A DNA stretch of 63,638 nt, counting the filler, from Phoronis australis (lineage: Eukaryota; Animalia; Phoronida), in assembly GCA_002633005.1 (NCBI GenBank). It is 6 parts of 6 records of this genome, joined end to end, with 100 filler letters (N's around TTAATTAATTAA, not from the genome) between each part and the next. Parts side by side here need not be neighbours in the genome. Positions count along the whole stretch, not along the records: positions 59,446 to 63,638 come from NMRA01002671.1; 5 more parts are not named here. One strand, written 5' to 3'. The notes beneath the pieces were generated by a model that worked only from the letters and a program-made list of their open reading frames with translations, made no database searches and had not been told where the DNA came from. Shown here piece by piece: positions 59,840 to 63,638 of this stretch. Each line of letters starts with the position of its first letter. Position 1 is the stretch's first letter. The position numbers and the translations under genes are program-made.

Positions 59840-62800
59840 AGAAGAAAGTCTCTGACAAGATGGACAGCTTTGTCTGGGGCCACCCATCTTTCAAGGCTAA
59901 AAGAGGTGTTCATTGGGATATTCAGTTTATACCTCTTCACAAGTTGCCGAAGAAGGTACTTATTAAGAGAAGTAATTGAAGGTGGTCAAGTACGTGTTGT
60001 GCAAGGTGGGCACGCTACTCTGACGGGCCCATTGCACTGATCAGCCGATGTTTTAATGCTTTAATAATTTAAAACGGCTGAGGAGACAGAGACCTGATTC
60101 AAGGGTCTAGCTGTTTACTTCAGTGGGACTTGAAACCACAACCTTGAGTAAAGTAAGCGAACACTTATGCCACTTGGCCAAATTGTCATCTCCAGGTACT
60201 TATTAAGCCTATGGTGGTCTTTTTGTTATAGCTCTTGTGTGGCCAACTGGCGTATGAAATGGATAACCCTCATTTTGGGCCATTCTGTGTTTTGTGATTC
60301 TGTGTTGTATTTCAGCAATGGAGTTAAATCAATTTTGTTGAATAATAGTTGTAATGAGTAGCTTGAAAGAAACCGGAAGAAAATAAATTGTAAGTGAATA
60401 ATTTGGGGAATTGGTTGAGATTTTGTTGTGAAGATATTTGGCGTTTTTTAAAACCTAATGTTACTGCCATGTTCACCTGACTTCACGGCCCAGGATCTAA
60501 CTTCTGACTTAGACTCAGACTTGGAACTTAACAAATCATGTTGCATTTTTCAAATACAAATTTGTAACTTTAATCAAAGTATGCCATGCACTTGAGTCGA
60601 GTTTCAAATATGGAGATTTGATCCCGATGTCAGATATCTTTTCAATGTTGCTGAATGTCAACATCACGTTTAAAATCAAATTTCTGAAAGGTACATGTCA
60701 TGCATGATTTATGTATCATAGTAGAAAAGTTGTTAAATGTTTGTGGTGTTTCATTTCAGGAGAATCGTGTGATATGCCTGGTGTCTGTTGTACACTTCCC
60801 TGGTGGTGTATTCAGCTCTCTGCCTGAGAGTTATGCCATCAACTCAGACGGAGGAGCAACTTTATTGGAGTTTGATGACTGGAAGAGTCAAATACTGGCA
60901 CCAACTAAAGGTAATTACCTAAATATAAATCAACACACAAATGTAAGGTTAGACAGCTGTTCAGCATATGTAAAGTAAGCAAAAAACATGAGTGTCTTCA
61001 CTTGCTGGCAGCAGCTAGGAGGTCATTGACCTGTCCAGAATAAGAAAGTTGATTTTGAAACGATTTAAGATGCAAAAACCTTATTGCAGAACTATGTTGC
61101 CATAGTAACAAATCACACTGAATCAGCACTTTGACTTGAGGTCAAAAAATGCTGTCATGCGTCATTGGTCAGAGATACCCTGAGAAACTGGGAAACCCGT
61201 TTTGGATGCCTTTTTCTTGAGATCCTTGATGAGCCACCTTATAGTGGTAATAGTCACTTTCAGGGATCTCAGAATTAGAGAATCGATTTCCTCTTTTGAA
61301 TAATGAACTTCCCTGAGCCTAAGTTGTATTTCATAATACTGCTGTCACCAATCACTCATCGACCTCAGGGGAGGGGTTTGTCTGCTTTGTAGAAACCTAT
61401 GAGATTTGCAGCATAACCTGTGAGTCTGATTGAAGGGAATGTTATTCACTGCTATAAAGTTAACACTTATTTCATTATTACTGCCAATTTATAGTGCTAT
61501 AAACACTGTGAATAAAGCATTCAGTCGTAGTTGCTAGGCTGTTCTTATTACATGGATTTTGTCTCTGTTGCTCTCCAATTGTTCATGAAATTTTTGTTAT
61601 GGATGTAGTGTGGATGATTCAAGTACAGATTTCAGTGTTCTAGTTTATGATAATATGCAGTTGATTGATCTGAGTCAATCTACTTTTCCTTACTTTTTTC
61701 TATATTTAATTTGGATAAAACGATATCGTCATCGAGAATGTTCACTCAAGACAAACTCTGAAATTTTTATGACTTAAGATTTGATAATGACTGGGAAATG
61801 ATGTTTTAATTAAATGCTTTACCGATGAACTCATTTTGCCTGGATTTCCCTCCCACTTCTAGGCCCTAGACATTCCTTAATTCAGTCAGGTAGATACAGC
61901 ATGGCGCTCTGGGTCAAACGAGTTTAACTGGACTTGACCCACTTTTTTAAGATTCTCATTTTAAATATGGCATTAAGCTGAATGGATACAATAACTACTT
62001 ACATTCCAGTGGCGGATTTAGAGGGGGGCCAAGGGGGCCATGGCTCCCCCCCTAAAATTCTCCCAGATTCCATTTGGCAATACGGGGGTGCGAATGCCTG
62101 TCGGGCAAAATCCTGGCTAATTCTCTGCCCTGGCCCCCCTAACTCAAAATCCTGGATCCGCCCCTGCATTCCTTTAAGTATATTTTTCAAATTCTCAGAA
62201 GCTGGTTTTTAGCTTCACATCAGCTTTGTCCAAGCTCTGAGCTCCAAAGTTTTCCAACCTTCTGAGTTACACTAACAGACACTCTACAATCTTGCACTGA
62301 AGAACGTGTGGCCAGCAACCATTGAGAAGTGGTTCTATAAGTGATAGTGCAGGAAACAATATCTTTGATCACTCAGAGTGGAGCGTGTGTGACCTTTTAC
62401 TTGGGAACACCAGTTAGAAACCATAATTGCTACTTAAATGCGCTAGCTTTCCTAGTGGTTTTCCTGAATACCGGAATGTGCTTCTTCACAGTTGTCCTCT
62501 CCCAAAAACACAACCGTTCCTTCATTTGTTTCCGCTTCCGCCAGAAGATTCTCTCGAAGACTACTCTTGTTTCAAAATAGCGAACATTCAAGTAAAAGCT
62601 ATGTCAGTAGGCCAACTTTCGACGTCTTTTCTCAAGTCTTAACATTAACTCTATGACAAACACACTGTTGATAACATGCTGTTGGGAATAAGACACTTGT
62701 CAGAAACATGTCAATATTTCCACTTATACCTCCAACTTCTTTCATCAAGTGGTTTTTTCTTTGTTCATTACCTCTCGGTACTGTTTGTTTAGCCCTTGCA

Positions 62801-63121
62801 ACCAAAATAGCTAACGTTTTGATTTACAGCCTTTAGGAAACTTGTGTTCCAAGGAGTAACTACCTTCGCGGGTGGGTCTATAAATAGTCCTTTACAGACA
62901 GTGTACGTGTCTAGGCTGCTTGCCTCTATTCTTGTAATGTATTTTACAACACTTCTGACCTTTCGACATGGTATTGGCTGATCGTTAATGGTAATATAAA
63001 CTTTCAGACATTCCTGACTTGACTAACAAGTTCGTTAAGCTGCCACTAAGAGTTCCAAATGCGCGGCTCATATACACTTTACCTCATGCAGTTCAGCAGA
63101 TCAAAGACAAGTTGTTTAAAG
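59840..63121 (+). CDS. Schlafen-family protein, three internal exons (partial gene)
   Basis: GT-AG, phase-consistent exons 59840-59955, 60760-60910 and 63008-63121 give KKVSDKMDSFVWGHPSFKAKRGVHWDIQFIPLHKLPKKENRVICLVSVVHFPGGVFSSLPESYAINSDGGATLLEFDDWKSQILAPTKDIPDLTNKFVKLPLRVPNARLIYTLPHAVQQIKDKLFK. This resembles the end of the SLFN core (CxxxVxxFxxxVFSxxPxSW...L...W) and the linker after it. Confidence 0.7.
59990..60186 (-). mobile_element. Degenerate tRNA-derived SINE-like sequence
   Basis: Minus strand has an A-box-like TGGCCAAGTGG and a B-box-like GGTTTCAAGTCC at tRNA spacing; no complete cloverleaf. Confidence 0.45.
62007..62166 (-). mobile_element. Complete CAG...CTG MITE in a Schlafen intron
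   Basis: CAGTGGCGGATTT ... GGATCCGCCCCTG, with 5-bp TSD CATTC at 62002-06 and 62167-71. Confidence 0.85.
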
Positions 63122-63638
63122 GTAATTAAGCTGTTGTTTGTTTTTTATCTCCACTTGGATTTAATTGGCGAAATGAAATCAATGAGTGATGTCTGAGCAA
63201 CACATTCCGAAACAAAATGATGCAGGCTCATAATGGTCCAGCATGAATCTGATTTGGATTAACTGGACGCCAGTGTGACTTCTTTTTTGGTGTAGTGCGC
63301 TCAATTATTTTGTTCCAGTGTAATATATGCTGCTTCGCGTACATCAGTATCCTTTCCTGTTTTCCACTGAAAGTGATTGGACAGCTAGTCAGAATGTTGC
63401 GTTGTGGTTGTAAGAAACCTGATCTTATTTTATATTGCTACATTCTTACAAATCGTTTATGATAATAAATTGCGTTAAAATCTTGCAAATTTAGAACGCG
63501 ATGAGGTAAGCATTTGTGAATTTCATTTTCTCATTTTTTCTTCAAAAGATAAGTAGCACCAAATTTATGATGTTCCATGTTTAAGATTTTTATCAAAGCA
63601 ACCTTCATATAATATTTTGAAAAACATTGGGCATTCAC

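Noticed and set aside
60121-60186. tRNA gene
   Set aside because: A/B-box-like motifs are present but acceptor and anticodon stems do not pair; treated as a SINE relic.
60760-60910. Continuation of PKHD1L1
   Set aside because: Different contig, incompatible splice phase with the last PKHD1L1 exon, and a better fit to Schlafen.

Overview
AT-rich, intron-rich animal genomic DNA, probably from a marine invertebrate. It is assembled from contigs separated by five artificial 100-nt N/TTAATTAATTAA linkers and one 945-nt N gap, so neighbouring segments need not be adjacent in the genome. The host genes are all partial: the last exon of an MCFD2-like EF-hand gene, four exons of WDR11, three exons of fibrocystin-L (PKHD1L1) and three exons of a Schlafen-family gene. 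The main feature is a >16-kb Kolobok-type DNA transposon starting at a TTAA site (11847). It carries two convergent spliced genes. One is a 14-exon, ~750-aa DDE transposase with one homopolymer frameshift, whose N-terminus resembles the ZNF653/ZNF692 N-terminal domain. The other is an intact 4-exon, 252-aa RGG-rich protein with a P2X7 cytoplasmic-ballast-like (KolX) domain. Also present: two Academ elements, a multi-level nested transposon cluster, several MITE families with readable TSDs, LINE and LTR relics, a minimal type I hammerhead ribozyme (42718-42765), and tandem repeats copying the splice donor of three consecutive WDR11 exons. Homology calls are from recalled motifs, not database searches.
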